From Candidatus Gastranaerophilales bacterium (GTDB taxonomy: Bacteria; Cyanobacteriota; Vampirovibrionia; Gastranaerophilales; Gastranaerophilaceae), in NCBI GenBank assembly GCA_944323325.1, contig CALUSF010000001.1, forward strand, positions 1-52,988: a DNA stretch of 52,988 nucleotides, given 5' to 3'. The position numbers were made by a program, and so were the translations under genes. The notes beneath the pieces are model-generated. The model ran no database searches and was not told where the DNA came from. It was given only the letters and a program-made list of their open reading frames with translations. Shown piece after piece: positions 39,184-49,245 of this stretch; position 1 is the first letter of the stretch; each line of letters opens with the position of its first letter.

Positions 39184-40104
39184 TTAAAATTTTATTCCCT
39201 GCCAGGAATCACGATATTCAAACTCTCTGTCGATTTTATTTAAGCAATCAAGCTTTTTTCCTATCCATCTTGGAGCTACAAGCTCCGTTCTTAAGCCGTT
39301 ACCCGCAAGTCTGTGAATTGTTGTTGACGGTGGCAGATACTCAAGAAAATCACAAACTGTTTTTATATATTCATCTTCAGTCATAAAATCAACTTCACCG
39401 GCTCTGTACATTTCTGCAAGTCTTGTTCCCTCAAGCGCGCAGAGCATGTGAATTTTAACGCCGTCGGGCTCAAGCTTTGCGATTGTTTTTGCAGTCTCCA
39501 TCATCTCGTCATAAGTTTCAAAAAGACCCAAAATTATATGCAGACACACATTTATTCCGGCATTTTTTGTTTGTTCATAAGCTTTTAAAAAACATCGGTA
39601 ATCATGTCCGCGGTTAATTTTAGCAAGGGTTTTATCATGAACGGACTGCAAACCGTATTCAATCCAGGTATAATAATCCGAAGTAAAAGAAGAAATTAAC
39701 TTCAGTTTTTCACTGTCGATACAATCCGGCCGTGTACCTATTGAGATACCTACAATATCCGGATTGTTAAGTGAAGCTGTATAAATTTTTTCGAGTTCAT
39801 CTGCCGGCTTATAAGTATTTGAAAAAGCCTGAAAGTATGACATAAATTTTTCGGCTTTAAATCTTTTTTTTAGAGTTGCCGCCCCGATTTTGACCTGCTC
39901 CTCTATAGTTAGGGTATTGGAATGCGCCTGAGAAAAGCTTCCGCCGTCATCACAAAAAATACAACCGGTATTTGAAATTGTACCGTCCCGATTCGGGCAG
40001 GAAAATCCGGCATCAATAGTTATTTTATAGACTTTTGCCCCAAACTTGTTTTTCAAAAATTGGCTGTACTGGTTGTATCTTTTGTCCGTTCCGTTAAATT
40101 TCAT
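39184..40104 (-). CDS. TIGR01212 (YhcC-like) radical SAM protein
   Basis: GFSCPNRDG..GCIFC, GTRPDC, EYGLQS. Confidence 0.93.
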   Translation of the reverse strand: MKFNGTDKRYNQYSQFLKNKFGAKVYKITIDAGFSCPNRDGTISNTGCIFCDDGGSFSQAHSNTLTIEEQVKIGAATLKKRFKAEKFMSYFQAFSNTYKPADELEKIYTASLNNPDIVGISIGTRPDCIDSEKLKLISSFTSDYYTWIEYGLQSVHDKTLAKINRGHDYRCFLKAYEQTKNAGINVCLHIILGLFETYDEMMETAKTIAKLEPDGVKIHMLCALEGTRLAEMYRAGEVDFMTEDEYIKTVCDFLEYLPPSTTIHRLAGNGLRTELVAPRWIGKKLDCLNKIDREFEYRDSWQGIKF

Positions 40105-40133
40105 ACAACCAGTTTATCACTAAAACGCAGTAA

Positions 40134-40475
40134 TTATTGTTTTAAAAATTGTAATTCAACTTGCGTTTTCACACTGTCGCCCGGATAGCTTGCAGGAAGA
40201 GGTTTATAAGGTGCGCCATCCTTAACTGCCTGTATTGCGGAGGCATTTGCATTCTTATTTGTGGATTTTACCACAACAGGATCCGTAATTTCTCCGTTTT
40301 TCTTAACTTTAAACTGTATGGTAACCTCATAATCCGTATTAGCACGATAAGGAATCCAATTTTTATGCACCTCGTTCGGAAGATATTCAAAATATTCATT
40401 AAGATTCTTAAATGAGCTTTCATCTGCCAAAACAGGCAGAGAGAATAGTGATAAAATAATTAAAAGTTTTTTCAT
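40134..40475 (-). CDS. Secreted TonB C-terminal-domain-like protein
   Basis: Signal peptide; V..NW.P, F.V.K.GEI, A..AV...APY.PLP. Confidence 0.7.
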   Translation of the reverse strand: MKKLLIILSLFSLPVLADESSFKNLNEYFEYLPNEVHKNWIPYRANTDYEVTIQFKVKKNGEITDPVVVKSTNKNANASAIQAVKDGAPYKPLPASYPGDSVKTQVELQFLKQ

Positions 40476-40488
40476 AATTGCTCCAATC

Positions 40489-41610
40489 TTATCTTACATA
40501 TATTCTGGGCAGACGAACTTTTAGCCTGCATGTCAGTTCATAATTTATAGTATCCAATATTTCCGCCCAACTATCAAGCGATAAATCCTTATCATTTAGA
40601 AGAGTTATGATATCCCCGGGCTGAGCATCAATATCAGTAATATCAAACATCATCTGATCCATTGTAATATTCCCGATTTGACGAACTTTTTTGCCGTTTA
40701 AAATACCATAAATTTTATTGGAAAGATTTCTCGAGACACCGTCAGCGTAACCAATCGGAATAGTCGCGACTTTTGTCGGTTCGTACGCTATAAACTTGTG
40801 AGAATAACTTACACCCTCACCTTCTTTAACTTCATGTATATTTGTAATACGACCTTTGAGCCCCATAACTTGTTTTAAAGCAGGTTTATAATTAACATGC
40901 GGCGGTAAATCAGGATAAAGTCCGTAAAGCGAAATTCCGACTCTCACCATATTAGATTTAATTTCATAAGCAAAGGTTGCTGCAGTGTTTTGGATATGCA
41001 AAAGAAGCCCCGTAGTATCAATGTTATCAATAACACTGTTCCACCTGTCCACTTGCTTTTGGGTTTCATTTTCTTCCTCAGCACTTGCAAGGTGAGTGAA
41101 TATACCTTCAAAAATTAAGTAATCGGCACTTTTTACCTTCTCAATATACTCTAATGCGTTTTCAGAACGCACCCCGATTCTGTTCATACCAGTATCAATT
41201 TTTACGTGCACTTTGGGCTTAAGCCCCGTTCTTTCGTAAACATCTTTGCAGGCTCTTAAGTGCTCCCCGTTAAAAACAGAAAACGCAATATCGTTTTGTG
41301 CCGCCGATTCTATTGCCCATAGAGGAATTGCCCCGACTACCAAAACAGGAGCTTTTATTTTTACTCTCCTTAAATCCAAACCCTCATCTACGGAAGAAAC
41401 CCCAAATGCGTCAACCCCGGAAGCCAGCATTGTTTGGGCAAGCATTGAGGCACCATGTCCGTAAGCATCCGCCTTTACAATAGCCATAAACCTTTTATCA
41501 GCAGGAATACCTTTTTTAATCTCTATAATATTCTGAGCCAAAGATTCAAGGTTAATCTCTACCCAGGCGTCTTTGTGAATATTTACGTTTGATTGTCTTA
41601 CGTTTTTCAT
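40489..41610 (-). CDS. alr: Alanine racemase
   Basis: AIVKADAYGHG, KIDTGMNRIG, IGYADG, MDQ, INYE. Confidence 0.97.
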   Translation of the reverse strand: MKNVRQSNVNIHKDAWVEINLESLAQNIIEIKKGIPADKRFMAIVKADAYGHGASMLAQTMLASGVDAFGVSSVDEGLDLRRVKIKAPVLVVGAIPLWAIESAAQNDIAFSVFNGEHLRACKDVYERTGLKPKVHVKIDTGMNRIGVRSENALEYIEKVKSADYLIFEGIFTHLASAEEENETQKQVDRWNSVIDNIDTTGLLLHIQNTAATFAYEIKSNMVRVGISLYGLYPDLPPHVNYKPALKQVMGLKGRITNIHEVKEGEGVSYSHKFIAYEPTKVATIPIGYADGVSRNLSNKIYGILNGKKVRQIGNITMDQMMFDITDIDAQPGDIITLLNDKDLSLDSWAEILDTINYELTCRLKVRLPRIYVR

Positions 41611-41659
41611 TTTTTAACTTCCGTACTATTACATTATGTAAAAATTATCTATCAAAAAT

Positions 41660-41686
41660 TAAAGTTTTCAAGAAAAATGCCGTCAA
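41660..41686 (+). promoter_or_regulatory. Sigma28 (FliA)-type promoter candidate
   Basis: TAAAGTTT-N11-GCCGTCAA versus consensus TAAAGTTT-N11-GCCGATAA. Confidence 0.6.
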
Positions 41687-41687
41687 T

Positions 41688-42422
41688 ATGAATATGGCAA
41701 ATATTAAGTTAAATTTGAACGAATTTAATGCCTATCTTCAAAAAAATAAGATAGATTTTTCTGCTGAACAGGCTAATTTTGATATGATTTTTTAAGAATG
41801 TAATACCATAACCCCTGATGACGGAGAGCTTAAAGACGACGAGATGAAAAATTTTCTCGGCAAAATCAGCGGAAGCCTCGCTAATATTATCAATAAATAT
41901 ATTAACGGAAATCAAACAAATGCAATCCAACAGGTAGCACCATGGCGGAATGAGGCCGAACAGAGGGAATATAATGAGATTTTGCAAGAAGCTATAAAAA
42001 CGATTGAAGACAACCAGGAACTTTTAGGCTTAAGTGATGAAGAAATTGAATATATTAAGAATGGCAAAATAGAATCAATAGAACAGGGTTCCGCGAGATA
42101 CGATAAGGGCGATGACCAATTAAAATTCAATATAAATGACTTGAACAAGCCAGATAAAGGAAATTTTATAAAAGTTCTTATACACGAAGCAACGCACGCG
42201 AGTATAAAAAGCGGCAACAACACCAAAGATGAAGAGCGAAAATGTGAAACCAGGGCAATACAGGGAGCTTTAAAACTCTATAAAGCGGGAGAAATCGATA
42301 ATTTCCCTATAATTAATAAGAGGTTGAGTGAATTGGAAGATGAAAACACCCTAAACCAATTCATAGAGGAGTGGTTAACAAAATGCGGATATGGTGACTA
42401 CCCCGAATCATCCGCACCTTAA
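41688..42422 (+). pseudogene. HEXXH metallopeptidase-like gene interrupted by one in-frame TAA (41793-41795)
   Basis: MNMANIK..DMIF*ECNTITPDDGELKDDEMKNF is in frame with ORF 41844..42422, which has LIHEATH..E. Confidence 0.65.
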
Positions 42423-42459
42423 ACTTTAGATTAAGATTCATAGATTTGTAAGTAACAAT

Positions 42460-42501
42460 TAAAATCCTGATATATGACAATAGTTATATATTAGGATTTT
42501 A
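42460..42501. terminator. Long hairpin between convergent genes
   Basis: TAAAATCCTGATATATGAC-aata-GTTATATATTAGGATTTTA, two G-U pairs. Confidence 0.6.
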
Positions 42502-42568
42502 AATTACATATTATTAAAAGTCAGGCAAAGCATAACCTACAACTAAAATTCCAATATATGTGCTAAGT

Positions 42569-43132
42569 TTAGTAGGGACGTATCTTTTTGCTAACTTCAT
42601 CACATTTTTTTACAATAGTATCGTTCAATATACCGATATATTTAAAAAAATTTCTGTATGCCCAATCATCAGCATAGTGCTGGTGGGAATTTACCCTTAC
42701 ATCATCAGATTTGAAAAATTTATCTTTATCCTTAATGGTTGCAAATTCTTTTACGGTAATACCTTTATCTATCAGCCGTTTATCAATTTCATTTATACTG
42801 GACCAAGAATTTATATACTCGGGTGCAAAGTCCTTATAAATATTCTCTTGTATTTCTTGCGGGCGCATACTTGCCGCAACTTTATTAAAATTTTCAATAT
42901 TTGCAGAATCGTTTGCGGCCTGCGTTGAATTAAAAATATCTCTGTAGGCAGTCGAATCTAATTTTGCTTGAATAAGCTGCTTACTATCGTATTTTGTTAT
43001 TTCTTCCAACTCTGCCTGAGTTCTGTTTGTTTCTGCCATATACCGACTAGCTCTTGTTTTAACATCATCACTACAAGAAACCAACGCAAGTATACTAAAA
43101 GCCGGTAACAATGTTTTACAGGATATTTTCAT
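42569..43132 (-). CDS. Putative lipoprotein
   Basis: MKISCKTLLPAFSILALVSC lipobox; GGAG RBS. Confidence 0.7.
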   Translation of the reverse strand: MKISCKTLLPAFSILALVSCSDDVKTRASRYMAETNRTQAELEEITKYDSKQLIQAKLDSTAYRDIFNSTQAANDSANIENFNKVAASMRPQEIQENIYKDFAPEYINSWSSINEIDKRLIDKGITVKEFATIKDKDKFFKSDDVRVNSHQHYADDWAYRNFFKYIGILNDTIVKKCDEVSKKIRPY

Positions 43133-43273
43133 ATAACACACTCCAATCTAAACCTACAATCTATTCGTGAGCAGGTTTATTATATCATAAACCCGAAAAG
43201 TAAAGCGACTTAAAGAATCCAAGCAATAATACCGATACCAATCTTAATGTTTGTTTTCTCACCCCTGAAGTTT

Positions 43274-44647
43274 TCAATTTATCATTTCGCCTCTTAAATA
43301 CCAAGTGCGGGCGGAGGTTATTTTTACATTCACGAATTCGCCTGTAATATCCTCATCATACGGTATATGGACAATCTTATTATTTCTGGTTCTGCCGGAG
43401 ATAATATTGGCACCTCTGCCGCTTCCCCCGGCTTCCTCATACTTTTCAATAAGAACTTCCATTTCACGCCCTATGTATTTTTGGTTGGATTTTAGGCAGC
43501 ATTCGCGGTTGTGTTCATTTAAACGCGCCAAACGCTCGGTTTTTACATCTTCAGGTATGTATAAATCAACCCATTTTGCGGCAACGGTTTTCTCTCTCGG
43601 GGAATATGCTGCAGTATTTGAGTAATCGAGTTCTAATTCTGTCATCGCTTTCAATGTATTTTGGAATTGTTCTTCCGTCTCACAAGGAAATCCCGCAATA
43701 AAATCGCTTGTAATAGTTACATCCGGGATTCTTGAGCGAATATTTTCACATATCTTTTTATACGTTGCATAATCATATCTTCTGTTCATTTTTTTTAAGA
43801 CATAATCATCTCCCGATTGCATCGGAATATGAAAATATTCACATACCTTATCAAGCTCTATCACTGTATCAATAAGTTCTTCCGTAATATCAGTCGGGTA
43901 AGAGGTCACAAATCGGATTCTGAACTTACCCTCCAGAGCATTTACCCTCCTCAATAACCACGCAAGATTAATAACGTTTCCCTCTTCATCTTTTGTATAT
44001 CCCCAAGGGTTTTCTTCCGTCTTTTCAGCAAGCCATTTGCCGTAACTGTCTACATTTTGCCCCAGAAGTGTAATCTCTTTAAACCCTTCTTCCAGAGCCT
44101 TTTTGACTTCATTAAGTATAAGTTCCGGTTTCCTAGAGCGTTCACGCCCTCTTGTATAGGGAACAATACAGTACGAACAAAAATTATTGCACCCTTCCAT
44201 AATAGGCACCCACGCATTAACGCTTTTTACACGATTTATTTGGATATCTGATTCTTCATAAGGTTTTTCTTCAGTTGAAACAACCCGCTCTCCTGCTTCA
44301 ATCCTTTTAACAAGATTCGGAAGTTCATAAAGTCTTTGTGTACCAATAACTAAATCAACATAGGGAGCACGCCGAAAAAGCTTTTCACCCGCCTGTTGTG
44401 CAACACACCCCGCAAATACTATCTTCAAATCAGGCTTGTTTTTCTTCCATTTCCCCCAAACACCGATTGCACTGTATGCCTTATCTTCAGACAATTGTCT
44501 TATAGAACAGGTATTTATTATAAGCATATCAGCTTCTTTTGGGTTCTCTGTCTGTGTATAACCGCAATGTTCAAGCATTCCGTACATACGCTCCGCGTCC
44601 GATTTATTCATCTGGCAGCCTAATGTTTCTATATATACCTTTTTCAT
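43274..44647 (-). CDS. miaB: tRNA-2-methylthio-N6-dimethylallyladenosine synthase
   Basis: GCQMN, NTCSIR, GCNNFCSYC, LLGQNV, TRAM domain. Confidence 0.97.
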   Translation of the reverse strand: MKKVYIETLGCQMNKSDAERMYGMLEHCGYTQTENPKEADMLIINTCSIRQLSEDKAYSAIGVWGKWKKNKPDLKIVFAGCVAQQAGEKLFRRAPYVDLVIGTQRLYELPNLVKRIEAGERVVSTEEKPYEESDIQINRVKSVNAWVPIMEGCNNFCSYCIVPYTRGRERSRKPELILNEVKKALEEGFKEITLLGQNVDSYGKWLAEKTEENPWGYTKDEEGNVINLAWLLRRVNALEGKFRIRFVTSYPTDITEELIDTVIELDKVCEYFHIPMQSGDDYVLKKMNRRYDYATYKKICENIRSRIPDVTITSDFIAGFPCETEEQFQNTLKAMTELELDYSNTAAYSPREKTVAAKWVDLYIPEDVKTERLARLNEHNRECCLKSNQKYIGREMEVLIEKYEEAGGSGRGANIISGRTRNNKIVHIPYDEDITGEFVNVKITSARTWYLRGEMIN

Positions 44648-44749
44648 TTTTCCTCCGATTTTTATATTTTATTACAAAAGAAAAAGTTTCGTTAGCTAAA
44701 ACTATACATTTATGTCTGTTTATCATATACTAATGAAAAAATTAAAACA

Positions 44750-46471
44750 ATGAGGATAATGATGTTAAAAGATTTTTTCTTAAATGAAGTTGAGGAAGCA
44801 ATACTAAAAGCAATAAAAGAAAATAAACTCGGGCAGGCAAGTGAATACACCAAAGGAACTTTAATTATTGAAAAGCCTAAAAATCCGGACTTCGGTGATT
44901 TTGCGGTTAATATTTCCGCTCTTGCACGTACTGCAAAAATTGCTCCCCCGATGATTGCAAACGCTATTGTTGAAAATCTTTCAAAGCAAAATTATACAGT
45001 CACTGTAATCGGAGGATTTATCAACTTTAAAATTGAAAATATTCTTTTGGCTAACACTATTGAAGAAATACTACAAAAGAAAGAAAATTACGGGCGCCCG
45101 GACAACATAGAAAAAGAAAAAATCCTGCTTGAGTACGTTTCGGCCAACCCCACAGGGCCTTTCCATATCGGACACGGACGCTGGGCCGCAATGGGCAGCG
45201 CATTGGCAAATCTTCTTAAATTCTACGGACACGAAGTTTATCAGGAATTTTATATCAATGATGCCGGAAGCCAAATACAAAAACTCGGTAATTCATTGAA
45301 AATAAGAATTAAACAAGAACTCGGAGAAAATATTGATTTTCCGACAGACGAAGTTGAAAGAAAAAATTATTATCCCGGAGAGTATTTGATACCGGTTGCT
45401 AAAAAATTCTTGTCAGAGCACGAACCGACGGAAGATATTCAGGTTCTTTCGGATTATGCAAAAAAAGAGATGGAAGAATGCCAGAAAAAACTTCTGGAAG
45501 ATTTTAGAGTGCATTTTGATAATTTCTACTCAGAGCTTGATTTACATAACTCCGGAAAAGTTGAAGAAAGCTATAAAAAGCTTATGCAAAAAGGAATGCT
45601 ATACGAAAAAGACGGGGCAATGTGGTTTAAATCCTCTGAATTCGGAGATGATCAGGATAGGGTCATTAAAAAGGCCGACGGTTCAAATACTTATCTTACG
45701 GCAGATATAGCTTATCACGCAGACAAATTTAACCGCGGATATGACAGGCTTATTAATATTTGGGGCGCCGACCATCACGGCTATGTCGCAAGGGTTAAAG
45801 CTTCTCTTGAGGCTCTAGGCTATAATCCCGACAAATTGGAAATCCTGCTCGGACAATTAGTTAACCTTGTTGTTAACGGAGAAGAAGTTCGAATGGGAAA
45901 ACGCAAAAATATGGTTACACTTGATGATTTGATTGAAGAAGTCGGAATCGATGCCACCCGTTACTGGATGGAGATGAGAAATATTGACATGACACTCGAT
46001 TTTGATATTGAACTTGCCAAACGCTCCACGGATGAAAACCCCGTTTTCTACGTTCAATATGCTTATGCAAGAGTTTGCTCAATATTGAGAAATGCCGTAA
46101 ATGAAAGAATTAATCCGGAAACAAAAGAAAAAATTCATGCACCCATGAATCAAACGGAATTAGATAACCTTATTAATAACTTTGATAAAAACTTGATACT
46201 AAAAACCGCGGACAGTGCAAAATCACTTATTATGAAGCTTGAAGAATTTAAATCCGTTATTGTACTTTCGGCGCAAAACAGAACCGTTTATACAATATGC
46301 CGCTATGTTCAAGAACTCGCTGCAGAATTTCATTCTTTCTACAATTCAAACAGAGTTATTTGTGATGATAAAGAACTTATGCAATCAAGACTTGCACTTG
46401 TTCAGGCTATCAAAATAACTTTAAAAAATGCGCTTGATATATTAGCGGTATCAGCACCGGAAAAGATGTAG
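44750..46471 (+). CDS. argS: Arginine--tRNA ligase
   Basis: EYVSANPTGPFHIGH, WGADHHGY, NPVFYVQYAYAR, APEKM. Confidence 0.98.
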   Translation: MRIMMLKDFFLNEVEEAILKAIKENKLGQASEYTKGTLIIEKPKNPDFGDFAVNISALARTAKIAPPMIANAIVENLSKQNYTVTVIGGFINFKIENILLANTIEEILQKKENYGRPDNIEKEKILLEYVSANPTGPFHIGHGRWAAMGSALANLLKFYGHEVYQEFYINDAGSQIQKLGNSLKIRIKQELGENIDFPTDEVERKNYYPGEYLIPVAKKFLSEHEPTEDIQVLSDYAKKEMEECQKKLLEDFRVHFDNFYSELDLHNSGKVEESYKKLMQKGMLYEKDGAMWFKSSEFGDDQDRVIKKADGSNTYLTADIAYHADKFNRGYDRLINIWGADHHGYVARVKASLEALGYNPDKLEILLGQLVNLVVNGEEVRMGKRKNMVTLDDLIEEVGIDATRYWMEMRNIDMTLDFDIELAKRSTDENPVFYVQYAYARVCSILRNAVNERINPETKEKIHAPMNQTELDNLINNFDKNLILKTADSAKSLIMKLEEFKSVIVLSAQNRTVYTICRYVQELAAEFHSFYNSNRVICDDKELMQSRLALVQAIKITLKNALDILAVSAPEKM

Positions 46472-46474
46472 AAA

Positions 46475-47044
46475 TTAAGAAAAATCTTCTTCAGCAAGCC
46501 ATTCCACAAGGGGCTTATCATCTCCGAAAAAGATATTAAATTCTTTTTCGAACTTCGGACTTATAAGGAATTTTCTTGTAATATTGTATGAGAAAGGCTC
46601 TGCACCCTCAAAGCTCCCAGCCATAATCATCTTTTTCTCTTTATCATACACATTTGAATAATTTAAACCCAGGTTTACGCAAAACGGGATCCTCTTTTTG
46701 CCTTTATCATCATAAGAGATAAGTCCAAAAGTTCTGCAAATTACCGCTCTTGCGGGGTATATACTGCAAACTCCGTCGACGAGAAACGGACATTCATACA
46801 TCTTTTCTCGAAACTTTTTTAAAAGAGAAGTTATATTTTCATTAACCCTGTCTTTTAAATTGTCATCAAGGTCGTTATAATAAAACATCATATTTACATA
46901 TTCAAGTTCCGATACGGGATATTCACCTTCCCGGCAGCAATACGCACATCCCTTTTGACATTTAATAAAAGGTTTTTGCGCTTCAAACATTTTTGCAAGC
47001 CTGGCATCAAGAAACTTAAGATACTCTCTATACCGCGTTATCAT
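46475..47044 (-). CDS. YkgJ family cysteine-cluster protein
   Basis: CQKGCAYCC, CPFL, CSIY..R..ICR. Confidence 0.88.
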   Translation of the reverse strand: MITRYREYLKFLDARLAKMFEAQKPFIKCQKGCAYCCREGEYPVSELEYVNMMFYYNDLDDNLKDRVNENITSLLKKFREKMYECPFLVDGVCSIYPARAVICRTFGLISYDDKGKKRIPFCVNLGLNYSNVYDKEKKMIMAGSFEGAEPFSYNITRKFLISPKFEKEFNIFFGDDKPLVEWLAEEDFS

Positions 47045-47918
47045 TTTTGTGCGCGCTCCTTTTAGCTTTTATTTCTTCGCATCTTTCCAACTTATTATAA
47101 AGCTGTGAGTTAATTTCACCACCGATTAATATCAATATAGATGTATAATAAAGCCATATCATCATTACCGCAAAACCGGCAATTGTTCCATACACAAAGT
47201 TATATGTATGCAGGTTATTAATATAAACGGAAAACAGCCAAGAACCCAGGAGCCAGGAAATACAGAAAAATATTGAGCCGGGAAAAGCGCTGTGCCGGCG
47301 TAATTTTTCGTTTCCGCTCAAATCAGGAAGAATGTAATAACTTAGATAGGCCATTATAAACAAGGTTAAAAATGCTATCGGCCAGCGTATAAATAACATA
47401 ATATTAGCAAAATGCTGCGTAAGACCGATATACGCAACCAAAAATTTCATAATAACTTTACCGAATACGATTAGAGTAATACTCAAAAACAGTACAAGCG
47501 TATTCACAAAAACCATAATAAGCGCCAGCAGCCTTGAATATAAAAAGCTTCTGGTTTCTTTAACTTTATAAGCTCTGTTCAACCCCTTTGCAACAATAGC
47601 AACAGTATTGGTTGACAGAAAAAGAGTTATACAAAACCCAAGAACTGCAACTAAACCGCCTTTTTTAAAGAAAAATACCTCATTCAAGACAGTATTAACT
47701 ACATTCAAAACATCATGAGGCATTATACTCTGCATAAAAGCAAATATAGGCTGCATAAAATACTGTTTTCCTATATACCCGAAAAGAGCAGTCAAAAACA
47801 GTATAAACGGACAGATACCTATACAGAGCATAAAACCCATTTCTGAAGCCATACCGAAAAAATCATGCTCAATTACAGAATTTACAATATTTCTAAGTGT
47901 TTTAAATTTATATTTCAC
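47028..47918 (-). CDS. YihY/BrkB family membrane protein
   Basis: LNRAY..E.R, YG.IA..MIWLY..ILIGGEIN. Confidence 0.92.
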   Translation of the reverse strand: MKYKFKTLRNIVNSVIEHDFFGMASEMGFMLCIGICPFILFLTALFGYIGKQYFMQPIFAFMQSIMPHDVLNVVNTVLNEVFFFKKGGLVAVLGFCITLFLSTNTVAIVAKGLNRAYKVKETRSFLYSRLLALIMVFVNTLVLFLSITLIVFGKVIMKFLVAYIGLTQHFANIMLFIRWPIAFLTLFIMAYLSYYILPDLSGNEKLRRHSAFPGSIFFCISWLLGSWLFSVYINNLHTYNFVYGTIAGFAVMMIWLYYTSILILIGGEINSQLYNKLERCEEIKAKRSAHKNDNAV

Positions 47919-48862
47919 AGGTTTATTTCTTTCAACAATTTCCTGACAGCATCTTCAACGCTTGCTTTAATAGTACAGCCGGCTGCAAATGTATGCCCGC
48001 CTCCGCCGAATTTTGAACATATCTCGGCAACATCATTTTTTTTACTTCTCATAGACACTTTAGTTAATTTTACATCAACCTCTTTTACCACAAAAGCAAC
48101 TTCCGTAGTATCAATGGCTCTTAGCGTTTCCGCAATCCCGTCCGTATAATCATCGCCTGCCGAGAATTTTTCCAAATCTTTTTTATACACAGTCGTATAA
48201 ACGATTTTGTTATCATTAAGAAATTCCGCCTTATTTACACAATAATTTTGAAACATTACAAAGTTTTTTGATTTTGTCTCATAGCACTTTTTGTAAATAT
48301 AATTAGGACAAGCACCTGCATCTACCAGTTCTGCTGCGGCTCTTAGCGCGTCAGATGAAGTATTTTCAAACCTGAAATTTCCCGTATCAGTCATAATGGC
48401 CGTATAAAGACAAATTGCTGAATCTTTGTCAATCTTCCAATTATTAGACTTGAAATAATTAAACAAAACTTCTCCGCAAGAACTTGCATCAGGATTAATA
48501 ATCTGATAGTCGCCAAATCCGGGATTTGTTTTGTGATGGTCAATATTAACCGTGCACTTTGCTTTATCAAAAAGTATTTTTGAATCCATTACCCTGTCAA
48601 TAGCCGCAACATCAAGAGTTATTACTAAATCATAAACAAGTGATTTATTAAAATATCTTTGTGCGGAATCTATATGCGGAATAAATCTGTAATTGTACGG
48701 AATATTTGAAACAACACTCATATCCGCTTTTTTCTTAAACCTGTTATAAATCATACCGTAAAGAGCGCACATAGAACCTAGCGTATCACCGTCAGGGTTC
48801 ATGTGAGATAAAAGCAGTATCTTATTAGAAGATTTTATGATATTATCTAAATTGCAATTCAT
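47915..48862 (-). CDS. nrnA: DHH family oligoribonuclease/PAP phosphatase
   Basis: H.NPDGD, IDHH, DTGNF, GGGGH..AAG. Confidence 0.9.
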   Translation of the reverse strand: MNCNLDNIIKSSNKILLLSHMNPDGDTLGSMCALYGMIYNRFKKKADMSVVSNIPYNYRFIPHIDSAQRYFNKSLVYDLVITLDVAAIDRVMDSKILFDKAKCTVNIDHHKTNPGFGDYQIINPDASSCGEVLFNYFKSNNWKIDKDSAICLYTAIMTDTGNFRFENTSSDALRAAAELVDAGACPNYIYKKCYETKSKNFVMFQNYCVNKAEFLNDNKIVYTTVYKKDLEKFSAGDDYTDGIAETLRAIDTTEVAFVVKEVDVKLTKVSMRSKKNDVAEICSKFGGGGHTFAAGCTIKASVEDAVRKLLKEINL

Positions 48863-48883
48863 AACCTAATAGTAGCATAAACA

Positions 48884-49216
48884 ATGAAAAAAGTATTATA
48901 TACGGATTTTGAAGGGGTAGACTCGGTTATAAGCTCAATGATGGATAATCCGCAATTCAAAAAAGCAATTGCGCGAACTAATCTGTACAATTTTTGGGAT
49001 AAGATTATTCCTTCAAAATTTAAAGGTAAATCAAAACCTTATTCAATGGCTTACGGCGGAGTTATGATTGTTGCTTGCGAAAACCACATAGTTGCTCAGG
49101 AGCTTTCTTTATACAAGATTATCCTGCTCAAAAAATTTGAGCCGTATTTAAAAAGCCTGAAAATGAAAGTCACAGATTTCAGATTCGATCCTAAAAAATG
49201 GATACCGGATAATTAA
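48884..49216 (+). CDS. DUF721/DciA-like protein
   Basis: W..I..SKP..G.MIVAC..VAQEL pattern. Confidence 0.6.
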   Translation: MKKVLYTDFEGVDSVISSMMDNPQFKKAIARTNLYNFWDKIIPSKFKGKSKPYSMAYGGVMIVACENHIVAQELSLYKIILLKKFEPYLKSLKMKVTDFRFDPKKWIPDN

Positions 49217-49245
49217 TCTTAATAATTTTCAAACAAAAACAGTCT

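Noticed and set aside
38687-39184. tmRNA next to smpB
   Set aside because: No intergenic space and no tRNA-like ends.
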